Below the pieces are notes generated by a model. It was not told where the DNA came from and did no database searches. It saw only the letters and a program-made list of their open reading frames with translations. This document shows positions 45,806 to 56,003 of a DNA stretch of 64,000 bases, in pieces (position 1 is the first letter of the stretch; each line of letters begins with the position of its first letter). Origin of the DNA: a virus; the IMG/VR virus record IMGVR_UViG_3300035670_000022, positions 1 through 64,000 of that record, one strand, 5' to 3'. The position numbers were made by a program, and so were the translations under genes.

Positions 45806-47086
45806 ATGAGTCAAGTAACTGAAGTCACTCAAGTTGAGAAGGAACTTACTCTAGACCAATTTCAGAAGCTAGACAGCTATGCTTCTGAAATAAATGGTTT
45901 ATTGCGCTCTACGCTTCTGTCAGCGGTGCGCATAGGTGAAATTCTCAAAGATGTCCGGGATAACATCTTACCGTATGGTGAGTGGATTCCTTGGGTAGAA
46001 TCCCAATTTGAGAGTTCTATCACCTGTAACACGGCTACCAACTTTATCAATCTATACAACTTACACAGTAAGTATGCAGACAAGTATGCTCGGGGATTAG
46101 AGGCTCTCTCGTTGAGTTCTCTTTATATTATTTCTCGGCACAACGTAGATGAAGAAATACAACAGGCTGTGCTTGAGATAGCTGAAGAGCAAGAGGAAGC
46201 CCCCCCATCTCGGGAAGAAGTTCGTAATCTTGTGCAGTCTTACCGCCAAATTAAGATGTCTGAGGCGGGACTGTCTGATGAGATTCAAACGGCGCTGTTA
46301 GAGTCACCTGTAGTAGAAGACCCTAAAGAGGTCAATGCTCTAAAGCGATTGTCAAAGGCAAGACAACTAGAGGTAGCTGAACGGTTAGCAGTTGGTGTAG
46401 CATCAACCACAAAAGAGGCCGTGAAGCAGATCTACCAAGAAAAGAAAGCAGCATCTGATGTAAGTGAGTCTACAAAAAAAGAGCAGTCTGTCGAAGTCGT
46501 CTATGAAAAGATGAAACGACAGACCTTTCGGCAACTTTCAGACGTTCCATCTGAGTCCGTTGACCTAGCTTTCGTAGAGGCACCTTTAAAACTAGCTTAT
46601 ACACAAAATGATCTGCACTCTCTTTGTATAGAGCTGGAAAGAGTCCTTGTCCCTAGCGCCTTTGCTGTCATTACAGTGGGGCATAAAGCAGCTATGTTTG
46701 CTGGTCCCCTGATAGACCCACTAAAACCGGTTCATCTGCTTTGCCTTAGACGCCAGCCGGGGCAGACCCGTTCTATTGTCGGGTTAAATATAATGTCTGC
46801 CTCTGTCTTCGCTCTTTTTTGCTACAAGGCTCCCTATTCTCCTCCTGGAAAGATGTTAGCCGACTTACATACATACGAAGTGACCACTAACAGCGAGGCG
46901 ATCGCTGGATTAGACGAAGTCTATTCTGGATTGGAGAAGTGTATCGAGCGGATCTTTACTCCGCTAATTGCCCCGGGCGGCACGTTATTACACGCTTTAG
47001 TTAGTCCCATGCACTTCAATCTGTCTTCTAGTGTTCACGAAACAGCTGAAAAATTAAGTGTGGGCACTGTCTATACAGTGCGCTAA
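45806..47086 (+). CDS. DUF3102-like domain fused to a degenerate DNA methyltransferase-like domain
   Basis: IGEILKDVR..LPYGEWIPWVESQF..TATNFI; LSDVPSESVDLAFVEAPL at the DPPY position. Confidence 0.6.
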   Translation: MSQVTEVTQVEKELTLDQFQKLDSYASEINGLLRSTLLSAVRIGEILKDVRDNILPYGEWIPWVESQFESSITCNTATNFINLYNLHSKYADKYARGLEALSLSSLYIISRHNVDEEIQQAVLEIAEEQEEAPPSREEVRNLVQSYRQIKMSEAGLSDEIQTALLESPVVEDPKEVNALKRLSKARQLEVAERLAVGVASTTKEAVKQIYQEKKAASDVSESTKKEQSVEVVYEKMKRQTFRQLSDVPSESVDLAFVEAPLKLAYTQNDLHSLCIELERVLVPSAFAVITVGHKAAMFAGPLIDPLKPVHLLCLRRQPGQTRSIVGLNIMSASVFALFCYKAPYSPPGKMLADLHTYEVTTNSEAIAGLDEVYSGLEKCIERIFTPLIAPGGTLLHALVSPMHFNLSSSVHETAEKLSVGTVYTVR

Positions 47087-47206
47087 ACAGCTTACTCTTA
47101 CTGGCTGCAGTCGTTGCTTGTCTAATTTCTGAACCGTTTACAATTTGAAGCAGTGGATTCCCCTCCACTGCTTTATTATTTTTTTGTGTCGTTTGGTATT
47201 TCAACT

Positions 47207-48154
47207 ATGAGCAGCTACTACATCACCTCTAAGCGCGATGGATTTGGACAGTATCTTAATGAGATAGGTATGTATCCGACTCTAACTAAAGAGCAGGAGC
47301 AAGAGTACGGCAAGAAAATTCAAAAGATGATGCTTTTTAATAAGCTGCTAGAGTCAATACCTCTAGATAGCGCAGTGCAGCTAAAGGCTCAAGCCTGTGC
47401 GTGCTCTGTGCAGGAGTTTAATCTTGTTTATCGACATGGTGCTATCTCTCGAGACCGGATGTTAAAACACAACCTAAAGCTGGTTGTGCATATTGCTCGT
47501 CGGTATAACAACAGGGGTGTTGATTTGGAGGATCTTGTGCAAGAAGGTAGCGTTGGGCTGATGCGGGCGGTAGAGAAGTTTAACCCAGACCTAGGGTTTA
47601 AGTTTAGTACCTACGCTGGGTGGTGGATAAAACAATCAATTATTCGAGCTATTGCTAATACCTGTCGATCTATTCGTCTTCCTGTTCATATACATGATCT
47701 TCTAAATAAGATTCGTCGAGTTGAGCGGGATTTTTTTCAACAAACAGGAAGGACGCCTAAGTTGTCAGAAGTTGCTGACATCATTGGTGTACCTGCGGGT
47801 AAGATCAGTCGAGTCCAGCAACATTCTAAAAATGTGTGGAGTTTAGATATAGAGAGTTATGACTCAGATGACTCACCTTCGATTGAGGAGTCGTTTGTTA
47901 ATACGGTTGCTACTCAACAAGCTGAATATCTATTTGATATCCAGCATCTTACTGAGTCGATGTTACAGGAGTTGGACGAGTTGGAGCTGGCAGTAATGGT
48001 TCGTCGTTACGGATTAAACACCGGAATTAATCTGTCTTACCAGTCCATAGCTGATGAATTGGGTTTAAATACCCAAACAGTCAGAAAGATCAGTCTTGGC
48101 GCCTTTGAAAAGTTAAAGAACCACGTGGTTCAGTCTGGTATCTCCATGTTCTAA
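47207..48154 (+). CDS. RpoD/SigA-like sigma-70 factor
   Basis: YLNEIG.YP.LT, NLKLVVHIARRY, DLVQEGSVGLMRAVEKF, KFSTYAGWWIKQSI, IRLPVH and region-4 HTH. Confidence 0.95.
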   Translation: MSSYYITSKRDGFGQYLNEIGMYPTLTKEQEQEYGKKIQKMMLFNKLLESIPLDSAVQLKAQACACSVQEFNLVYRHGAISRDRMLKHNLKLVVHIARRYNNRGVDLEDLVQEGSVGLMRAVEKFNPDLGFKFSTYAGWWIKQSIIRAIANTCRSIRLPVHIHDLLNKIRRVERDFFQQTGRTPKLSEVADIIGVPAGKISRVQQHSKNVWSLDIESYDSDDSPSIEESFVNTVATQQAEYLFDIQHLTESMLQELDELELAVMVRRYGLNTGINLSYQSIADELGLNTQTVRKISLGAFEKLKNHVVQSGISMF

Positions 48155-51100
48155 TTATGCATAGCGCATAATATAGGCTAATGCATAGTAGGGAGGAAGG
48201 TTAGTTATCGGCTCATTCTCCCCTTCAGTCTCAGTTATGACTGTGACCGCTTCTTCTGTATCTAAGCTAGGTACTTGTAGACTTGCCACCAGCGCTAAGG
48301 TCTGTCCTGCGGGAACTTGCGATAAATCTCCCGGCGCGAATGACTCTGGATACTTGACGCCTACAACGTACTCTTGAGCGATATCCAGTTCATGCCCATG
48401 GGAAGGTAGGTGTGACTTTGTTAATCTGGTCTCTTGCTCTCCTCCTGTTGCTGTCAGTCCGTATGATCCGCCAGCACCGATAATAAAGCGATTTCTTAAG
48501 TCTGGAGTGTTGTTTTCTCCATCGCATAAGTAATACCCTACGGGGATCGCGTCGATATCACCACTCCACATGATGATCCCCCCAATAGGTACGGCACCTC
48601 CTGTGCTAACTTGACTCTCAGGGAGTCCGCCAACACCAACTAGCTCATCAATACGGGCGCTTAACGCTTGAAGTAACTCTTCTGCATAGAGATGTCTCTG
48701 TTCCGCTAACTCTGTGTAAAGGTCTTTAATTGTTTTTACCTGCGCCGGAGTCGCTGCCAGGTTACTAGAGTCGAAGTCGGTTGGCTCTGCTATTTGGATA
48801 AACCCAGGTTGAGTAACGGAAGCGTAGGTCTGTGCAGTCTTTGGAATTGGATAGGAGAATCGCGTCTCATTATCTATTAATATTGTTGACCGAGACAGAT
48901 CTAGAGTCGCATTAGCGGCAACATCTAGTCCACTAGAGACCACCATTTTGTTGAAGCGCTGCGTGGCAATCGATCCATCATTAGATAGTGACTCCTCTTC
49001 CCCGGTCAATAGGTTGATGTATTTATCTCCCATGATGTACGTACCGTTATGGTTCATACCTGTGTGATAAATCTTGCCACCCTTAGTCTCTCGTTTTAAT
49101 TTGACTCTTTCTTCTTCTTTTGTCAGAGATACGTCTTGATACTTGAGCAGCCCAGTGTCGTAGTTACCGTAGCCTATCCACTCCGTAGTGGTATTAAATG
49201 CTCGAATGGTAGACGGTTTTGTAAAAGATACCCGTAGAGTAACACTCTCTCCCTGTAAGTTTTTAATCGTTTGTGGCTCTGTCTGAGGAGTCGTATAGGT
49301 AACAGATGTCTCTTCATTGACACCGATCGCCTGCAGAATGGCTTTTACAGCTAAATACGTCAGACTATTCGGAGGGTTGTCATCTGGCTCGTTTGGGTCT
49401 GAGTTTGGATAAAGACTAACCGGCTTCTCTACTATGCTGGAGGCTTTCATTACCCCCAGATAGCAACTGCCACTTGGAGCTGCACTTCCGTCGGGGGCTG
49501 TGCTGGTAACCTCTACTATTGAAATAGGCTCTAAGTTGCTGTAATCGTCCAATCTTAAAACATAACTTTGCGGCGGCAGTCTTTTTGAAGATGTAATACC
49601 AGATAGTTCAAGCCAGAAGATTTTTTGCTGGTTGTTACGCTGATCTGGGAGTCGTTTAAAGTAGACCCGTTTACCCGCCAGGTTTTGAATTTGGCCTGCA
49701 ATCAGATTTTCTTCTGTTTCTACTTGAGCGTAATGAGTGCCGTCAGACTCTACACCAAAGTTTCCTGTCGCTGTGGCTGTGTAAACTGCGCCGTCATCTC
49801 CGTCTACGTATAATTTATCTCCACTCTCTACGATATAGGGAGATAAAGAGGATAGATTAAGTGCTTCAGAGAACAGCAGGCGGAGAGTCCCGTTTACTCC
49901 AGCTAAGGTGCCTAACGTATATTTCACCTCGTTTGTGTCTAGAGGGAGTGGGGGTATAAACCTGGAGATGGTGAACCCAGTATCCTGGGGCATCGGGTTA
50001 AGGCTATGACCCTCTGCACTAAAAGCCGTTTCTCCAAAGTTGGTAAAGCAGTTGGCTAAAGATAATTCCCCGCCTGATTTAACTCTGTAGTGTTCAGCAG
50101 CGCAAACAGTAAACGAGGATAGAATCTGTCCAAAGCCATCATTGGTTGCTTCTATACCTGTATGTCGCCAAGCCTCTTTATAGATGCGAATATCCTGTGC
50201 GGTGGTAGCTTCTAGAAAGGCCCTTTCATCTTCTTGAGTAGAGATGTTGGTGTATTTCTCTATCGTCATTGACTTAAAGCCTTCGACCAAGGCGCCATCT
50301 ATCTTTAGTCCACAGGCGCCAAATCTTGATACCAGAGAGCAGTTAGATAAATAAGGACTTGTGCCAACTATGTTATTTACGTTTAAGAATCCGTCTGAGT
50401 CTCTGTCTTCTTTACCTGCTTCTAAAACAGCAATGCTGGTCTCTAACGCTACAGATGTAAAAGAGGCAGCATCAAAGTCTGGAGAAATCGTTCTTCCTAA
50501 ACCCGCTCCTACTTTGGAGTAGTAACCGTAGTCTGGGTTGCTCAAGTCGGAGGTAGAAGCAAAACTAAAGCCGACACAGAGGTGGTGAGTTTCTCTTTTT
50601 AGAGGATTGTCTTTGAGCGTTATGTTAGCAATGTAGCTAGACCCCGTTAGTTTAAACCGCGACGTAGTTCCCTCTTCGCTACAAGAGCATGGTCCTAAAC
50701 TCTCTTCCCATTTCTCAAAGTCTCCTAGATAACGGGGGCGGACACTACACTTGGCTAAGTCTTGTCCAATAATAGATACACCACGAGGGACTATAACACC
50801 CCCTGTTGGTGGATTAAAAACAGAGTAGTCACTGTAAATAACTGCATCGCCGTTACCCCAGGCTCCTCTAACGCTGCGAACAATGATGACGTTATCTTCT
50901 TCAAAGGCATCAATAATTGCAGAGCCTCCGCTGGTGTTATATATCTGAGTATGACGAAAGACTTGCCCAACGACACTCGTGCTCAAAGTGACTCGCCCCG
51001 TCTGCGGTTCGATCGCCGTGACTGTCGCTTCGCTATCTATAGGATTAATAGGACCTACATTACCAAAATCATGTTTAAAGAGATTCTCTAAGTTAGGAGC

Positions 51101-51871
51101 CCCAGGGCGATTATCTAAGAAGTAATCTCCTGGACGCAGCAGTATAGAGACTTCTTGAAACCGGTCATTATCTTCGTCTTCTTGAGTATCAGCAACATAG
51201 GAGCTAAGAGCCGCTTCGAGGAGCGCACGTTCAATAGTCAAGAAAGGATATCTGGGATCTCTTCCGTCGTTCTCTAGACTGTCGTCACCAATAGCTTGAT
51301 CCACATAGATGGTCGTGCCACTGTGATTCCGAGAGACAAGTTCTCGTTCGTTCTTCCAACTTTCTAGGTAGGACGGAGTCACCGCTGTTAGTTTGCTGGT
51401 CGCACTTAAGACTTCATTCTCTGTAGCGATGCGAATAGTTCCGTCTACTTCTTCTGTTGCCTCTAGCGGCGTTACTCTTAAATACTTGGTGCCATCATGG
51501 ACAAAGAAGGCCTGATCCGTGGTCCGTAACCACATCTCTCCTGTCTCTAGGAGCTTAGCCCGACCTGGACCTTGTCTATGGGGAACAGTGGGAGATGTTG
51601 TCCCCGACGTGTCGTTGGTGACGATTACTTTACCGATACGAATAACTTCGTCTTCCAACGCTTCTTTAGACTCTTCTCCGACGCGGAGATAGATACCCGG
51701 CGCGCTGTTCAATCCTCCCTGTTTACTAAACGAGTTAACTGTAATCTCATTTTTATACATCGCATCGTCGCCGGCGGATCGTGGGATGCCCACGGCGGGG
51801 ACGACATCCTCTTCGGAGGTGCGGCGGAGGATAATTCGCGTCGTATCGTATTCTTGAGGATGCTGCGCCAT
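48155..51871 (-). CDS. Tail fibre/virion protein with C-terminal tail-collar domain; paralogue of 38382-45272
   Basis: PFLTIERALLEAA, GGVIVPRGVSIIG, VPIGGIIMWSG..LCDG..TPDLRNRFIIGAG and NLPPYYALAYIM. Confidence 0.85.
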   Translation of the reverse strand: MAQHPQEYDTTRIILRRTSEEDVVPAVGIPRSAGDDAMYKNEITVNSFSKQGGLNSAPGIYLRVGEESKEALEDEVIRIGKVIVTNDTSGTTSPTVPHRQGPGRAKLLETGEMWLRTTDQAFFVHDGTKYLRVTPLEATEEVDGTIRIATENEVLSATSKLTAVTPSYLESWKNERELVSRNHSGTTIYVDQAIGDDSLENDGRDPRYPFLTIERALLEAALSSYVADTQEDEDNDRFQEVSILLRPGDYFLDNRPGAPNLENLFKHDFGNVGPINPIDSEATVTAIEPQTGRVTLSTSVVGQVFRHTQIYNTSGGSAIIDAFEEDNVIIVRSVRGAWGNGDAVIYSDYSVFNPPTGGVIVPRGVSIIGQDLAKCSVRPRYLGDFEKWEESLGPCSCSEEGTTSRFKLTGSSYIANITLKDNPLKRETHHLCVGFSFASTSDLSNPDYGYYSKVGAGLGRTISPDFDAASFTSVALETSIAVLEAGKEDRDSDGFLNVNNIVGTSPYLSNCSLVSRFGACGLKIDGALVEGFKSMTIEKYTNISTQEDERAFLEATTAQDIRIYKEAWRHTGIEATNDGFGQILSSFTVCAAEHYRVKSGGELSLANCFTNFGETAFSAEGHSLNPMPQDTGFTISRFIPPLPLDTNEVKYTLGTLAGVNGTLRLLFSEALNLSSLSPYIVESGDKLYVDGDDGAVYTATATGNFGVESDGTHYAQVETEENLIAGQIQNLAGKRVYFKRLPDQRNNQQKIFWLELSGITSSKRLPPQSYVLRLDDYSNLEPISIVEVTSTAPDGSAAPSGSCYLGVMKASSIVEKPVSLYPNSDPNEPDDNPPNSLTYLAVKAILQAIGVNEETSVTYTTPQTEPQTIKNLQGESVTLRVSFTKPSTIRAFNTTTEWIGYGNYDTGLLKYQDVSLTKEEERVKLKRETKGGKIYHTGMNHNGTYIMGDKYINLLTGEEESLSNDGSIATQRFNKMVVSSGLDVAANATLDLSRSTILIDNETRFSYPIPKTAQTYASVTQPGFIQIAEPTDFDSSNLAATPAQVKTIKDLYTELAEQRHLYAEELLQALSARIDELVGVGGLPESQVSTGGAVPIGGIIMWSGDIDAIPVGYYLCDGENNTPDLRNRFIIGAGGSYGLTATGGEQETRLTKSHLPSHGHELDIAQEYVVGVKYPESFAPGDLSQVPAGQTLALVASLQVPSLDTEEAVTVITETEGENEPITNLPPYYALAYIMRYA

Positions 51872-51901
51872 AATAAAAAGTTAGATTAAGTCTAAGTTGT
51901 C

Positions 51902-52264
51902 TTAAGCGGTGAATTGAAAGTCTAAGAAGCTATTGTCGTCTAAATACCAGGATGGATAGCCTTGTATAAAGGACACCACGACATCTCCATCTGATTCCAC
52001 ACTTTCCGGCTTAAGAATACTGTTAAAGGTAGCTAACACCCAACTATTGTTAATATACTGCCACCACTCTCCTGTAGCTCTTACATAAACTAATGGCTCT
52101 CCATTGCCGAGTCGAAGAGCTGACAAGGATGAAAGACTCTCTACTGTGTCAACTGCTAGAAGTCCCCCCGCACCGTATTGGGAGAAATGAGTTGGGTAGG
52201 TATCTCGATCATCTAGAGGCGCGATGGGGCCTGTTAGTCCAATGGAGTTAGGTATATTAGCCAT
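51902..52264 (-). CDS. Small virion/tail-associated protein
   Basis: PIAPLD.RDTYPTH..YG.GG motif seen in tail-associated proteins. Confidence 0.6.
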   Translation of the reverse strand: MANIPNSIGLTGPIAPLDDRDTYPTHFSQYGAGGLLAVDTVESLSSLSALRLGNGEPLVYVRATGEWWQYINNSWVLATFNSILKPESVESDGDVVVSFIQGYPSWYLDDNSFLDFQFTA

Positions 52265-52353
52265 TACTCATTTGCTTCAGTTCTTAATCTAGCTTAGTCG
52301 AGCTATTGGATAAGCTGAGTTTAGGTTCCCTGCTGTTGTTAAATGGTACTTTT

Positions 52354-54792
52354 ATGACTGACTACACTTCATACAAGATAGAGATTATTGAAGGAATCAA
52401 TGATGATCCGGTTCCTGCCAATTTTAACAATAACGGTCGGGGACCTAATGGCTCATACTTTATCCAGAAGTACAACGCATTCCTAGATGCAGCTAGTGCC
52501 ACAGTTGATGCGGATGAAACTGTTAAAACCTCAGCGACTGACACCACAGCTGGCTTTTTACAGGACAAGTTAGTTGCTGGCGATAATATTACGATTACAC
52601 TGACTGCTCCGGGAGAGAACGAGTCTTTAACTATTGCTGGGGCTGAACCCCATGCTATTAAGAATGGATTAAGTGAAGCCGGCTTTTTTACGGTGGATGG
52701 GTTGTTTGAAGTGACTATCGCCGGAGCAACCTATGCACGCTGGGATTTAGGTAATCCAGTAGGATCTACCGGCTGTATAGCTATTGGTGAAGATGCTCTC
52801 TTAACACCAGATGTTGCTGCCTATAACATTGCTATTGGTACCGAGTGCTTAAGATTAACGACTGAGGGAACAGATAATGTAGCCCTTGGGAGTTATGCTT
52901 TATCGGCTAATACTACAGGCTGGCAGAATACTGCCGTAGGATCCTACTCGCTTTTACTCAACACCTCTGGTAGTGATAATGTGGCGATCGGTTGCTTTAG
53001 CCTATGGAATAATACTGTGGGCGTAAAGAATATCGCTTTGGGCGACTATGCTCTGCGGGACGCAGTAAGTGCCAGCGCTAACGTGTGTGTCGGACACTCT
53101 ACAGGATTAAAAACAACTGGTGAGACAAACACTTATGTTGGGTCTGAGTGTGCGATGGCGAATACATCAGGAGGAGCCAACACTGCTCTTGGTTATTATG
53201 CTTTAGCTAACAGCGAAACAGGCAATTGGAATGTAGCTGTTGGTAGGGACGCAGCGTTTGGAACGGCAGGCGTAAGTGTCGGCGGGCTTGTTGCTGTCGG
53301 TGCGCAAGCTCTTAAAGTTACAGCTGCTTCCGACAACACTGCAGTGGGGTATCAAGCACTAACAGATACCACTACTGGGGTTAATAATGTGGCTGTTGGG
53401 CACACCGCTGCTTCAACTTTGACCACAGGCAGCAATGTTATATGTATCGGACAAAACGCTCAGCCCTCAGCGACTACGGTTTCTAACGAGATAACGTTAG
53501 GTAACGCGTCTATCGCTTCTTTAAGAGTGCCTGGACTTGGCTTTGAATTAGGGAATTGCTCTGCTGCTACAGATGGGCAGATTTTAACTTACGATGACGT
53601 GTCTGGTAATTGGATTCCAGGGACAGCAGCGAGCGGTGGAGGAACAGCGGTGCCTCCTGGTTATCTGCAAGTTTACGCTGCAGGTGATGTTATAGGTCTG
53701 ACTAGTAGTAACGAGTGGTACGGTGGAATAGTTGAGCTTGGCTATAACGCATCATTCGAAAGTAACGTATTTTTTGGGCACAATTCTCTAAAAGAAGCGT
53801 ATAACAACATAGATGGTCCGCTTTTCACGTCTGTTGTTAATAGTGTGTCTATTGGACGTGATTGCAATACTCAACCTCTAGCTGATGGATACATCGCTAA
53901 TAGCGTGTCTATTGGTTATTTAGCTGGTACTAGCTACAGTATGCTTAACGGTTGTGTATTTGTAGGTAACACTGTTGGACCGCAGCAAACGGCTGAAGAA
54001 AACGGAATCTGGCTTCAGGGTTCTGTAGTAATCGGTGCAGGCAGTGCTACTAATGCGACTGCGTTGGATGGTTCAGTTATTATTGGCAAATCCGCTGCAA
54101 ACTATTTAACAGACGGTTTAAGTTGGAATACTGTCGCAATAGGCTCTTCTGCTCTTCAAAATACAACAAGTTCAGCAGATGCAGTAGCTATTGGGTCTGC
54201 AGCCGGACAGTATACAACCTCAGGTACCCAAAATGTTTTTGTTGGACGCTGGGCTGGACAAAGATGCACCACAGGTTCTTACAACGTCTATGTAGGTCCA
54301 GAGTCGGGACTTTATGCTTTAGGCACAACTACGAATACAACAGGAAGCAACAATATCTGTATAGGTAGACGAGCCTATTTATCGGCTGCTGATGTCAGTA
54401 ACGAGATAACTTTGGGTAACACATCTATTACTTCTTTACGCTGCGCTGTTACTTCTATTACGTCTCTCTCTGATGTTAGAGATAAAAAGGATATACAAAC
54501 GCTGCCTGTAGGGCTTGACTTTGTTAATACTTTGAATCCCGTCCAATTTACCTGGAACACTCGTGACGGGGCTAAAGTCGGACAGCAGGCAGCTGGGTTT
54601 ATTGCTCAAGATTTACAAGAGGCTCAATCAGGCAATGAGTATCTCAATCTTGTTCTTGATAACAACCCTGATCGGTTAGAAGCCACACCCGGTAACCTGA
54701 TTCCTGTCTTAGTCAAAGCAATACAAGAGCTGGCTGAAAAGGTCGAGCAGCAGTCTTTAGAGATCGAAGCGCTAAAAGCACAAGTTGCTTAG
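52354..54792 (+). CDS. Trimeric tail fibre with NTAVG/NVAIG repeats and peptidase S74 chaperone
   Basis: YadA-like 14-residue repeats; SDVRDKKDI..GLDFVNTLNPV..GFIAQD..LVKAIQEL. Confidence 0.9.
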   Translation: MTDYTSYKIEIIEGINDDPVPANFNNNGRGPNGSYFIQKYNAFLDAASATVDADETVKTSATDTTAGFLQDKLVAGDNITITLTAPGENESLTIAGAEPHAIKNGLSEAGFFTVDGLFEVTIAGATYARWDLGNPVGSTGCIAIGEDALLTPDVAAYNIAIGTECLRLTTEGTDNVALGSYALSANTTGWQNTAVGSYSLLLNTSGSDNVAIGCFSLWNNTVGVKNIALGDYALRDAVSASANVCVGHSTGLKTTGETNTYVGSECAMANTSGGANTALGYYALANSETGNWNVAVGRDAAFGTAGVSVGGLVAVGAQALKVTAASDNTAVGYQALTDTTTGVNNVAVGHTAASTLTTGSNVICIGQNAQPSATTVSNEITLGNASIASLRVPGLGFELGNCSAATDGQILTYDDVSGNWIPGTAASGGGTAVPPGYLQVYAAGDVIGLTSSNEWYGGIVELGYNASFESNVFFGHNSLKEAYNNIDGPLFTSVVNSVSIGRDCNTQPLADGYIANSVSIGYLAGTSYSMLNGCVFVGNTVGPQQTAEENGIWLQGSVVIGAGSATNATALDGSVIIGKSAANYLTDGLSWNTVAIGSSALQNTTSSADAVAIGSAAGQYTTSGTQNVFVGRWAGQRCTTGSYNVYVGPESGLYALGTTTNTTGSNNICIGRRAYLSAADVSNEITLGNTSITSLRCAVTSITSLSDVRDKKDIQTLPVGLDFVNTLNPVQFTWNTRDGAKVGQQAAGFIAQDLQEAQSGNEYLNLVLDNNPDRLEATPGNLIPVLVKAIQELAEKVEQQSLEIEALKAQVA

Positions 54793-54844
54793 GCTTAGGA
54801 CATAGCTAAACTGTATTTATTCCCGTAGGTAAAACTATTATCTT

Positions 54845-55111
54845 ATGCCTCTACATAGCGAACGAACCCCGGAAGAGATTTTGGCGCAAGACATTGCTGG
54901 CATGGACGACAGCAAACTGCTTCTTGAGCAGCTCTTAGCAAATTCAGTAACTGAACAGGACGACTTAGACACTATTTACCGCAATTATAGACATCTTGAG
55001 ATTCTATTACAGCGTGAGAATATTGTCGCTAGTGCCTTAGACGCTGCGCCTTACCAAGTTGTTATTGATTCATCGTCTGCCTATTTGACTTCTCTTAACT
55101 ATGCACCTTAA
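54845..55111 (+). CDS. Small tail-associated protein
   Basis: 88 aa after the tail fibre gene. Confidence 0.65.
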   Translation: MPLHSERTPEEILAQDIAGMDDSKLLLEQLLANSVTEQDDLDTIYRNYRHLEILLQRENIVASALDAAPYQVVIDSSSAYLTSLNYAP

Positions 55112-55218
55112 TGTGGAAACAGAGAGTAGTACAAAAGCAAACGACCCAGTTCTCGCCTCTGTTACTCTGGGTTTAGGCGTGCTCACAGCCATACCAAGTC
55201 GAGGCGGGAATAAATAAA

Positions 55219-55977
55219 ATGCCTACTGTGTGGAAAGACTTAGCAGGTACTCTGCAGACGATGTTGAAGTTTGGCTCTCATCGTCTGTTTTCGAATGCGG
55301 ATAATAACGCCGTCGAGGTACAGAGCCGCTTTGGGACACAGACTTTGATGACAGTGGGAGTAGACAGCTATGTTTTAGCTGGGGTTAACTTCTACGCAGC
55401 AACTGAACCTCCGACGACTGGAGACTACACAGAAGGTTCTATTGTCTGGAATAAAGAACCAAGTGCTACAGGAATTATTGCTTGGTATTGTCAGGCATCT
55501 GGGACCCCAGGTAGTTGGCTGCCTATCAACTCTTCAGGGCAGTTGTCTGTACAGACTCACGCAGACTTATTAGCTATTAATCCGCTGCTACTTAAGCAAG
55601 GGTACATCGCCTACGTTATAGACGAGGGGCTGCGCTACGAGTATTTAGACGGTAATTGGGTAGTTTTAAATACTGCTGGGAACTTAATCAACTATCAAGT
55701 TATTACGACGGCGAGCATCACCTTAGGTGCTAACTCTTCTTATATTCATCATTTAGACCCTAACGGAGAATCTAGAGATATTTTGATAGATACCGGCTCG
55801 AGCAGAGAGTTTAAGATACTGAATTTAGACGGAGCATATCCTTTAAGAATTATGGATGGAGAGACTGCGGTTTTTGAACTCAGTACTTTATCAAACGTCC
55901 TAGAGGCAACAGTTAGTTTCTCTAATAACACAATACGAGTCTCAACCTATCCAGGGGCGCTATTAACCCTGGGCTAA
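55219..55977 (+). CDS. Tail-associated protein
   Basis: PPTTGDYTEGSIVWN..P..G...W.C..SGTPGSW motif common in tail proteins. Confidence 0.7.
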   Translation: MPTVWKDLAGTLQTMLKFGSHRLFSNADNNAVEVQSRFGTQTLMTVGVDSYVLAGVNFYAATEPPTTGDYTEGSIVWNKEPSATGIIAWYCQASGTPGSWLPINSSGQLSVQTHADLLAINPLLLKQGYIAYVIDEGLRYEYLDGNWVVLNTAGNLINYQVITTASITLGANSSYIHHLDPNGESRDILIDTGSSREFKILNLDGAYPLRIMDGETAVFELSTLSNVLEATVSFSNNTIRVSTYPGALLTLG

Positions 55978-56003
55978 GCTAGTTTTATCTGAACCCTAAT
56001 TGT

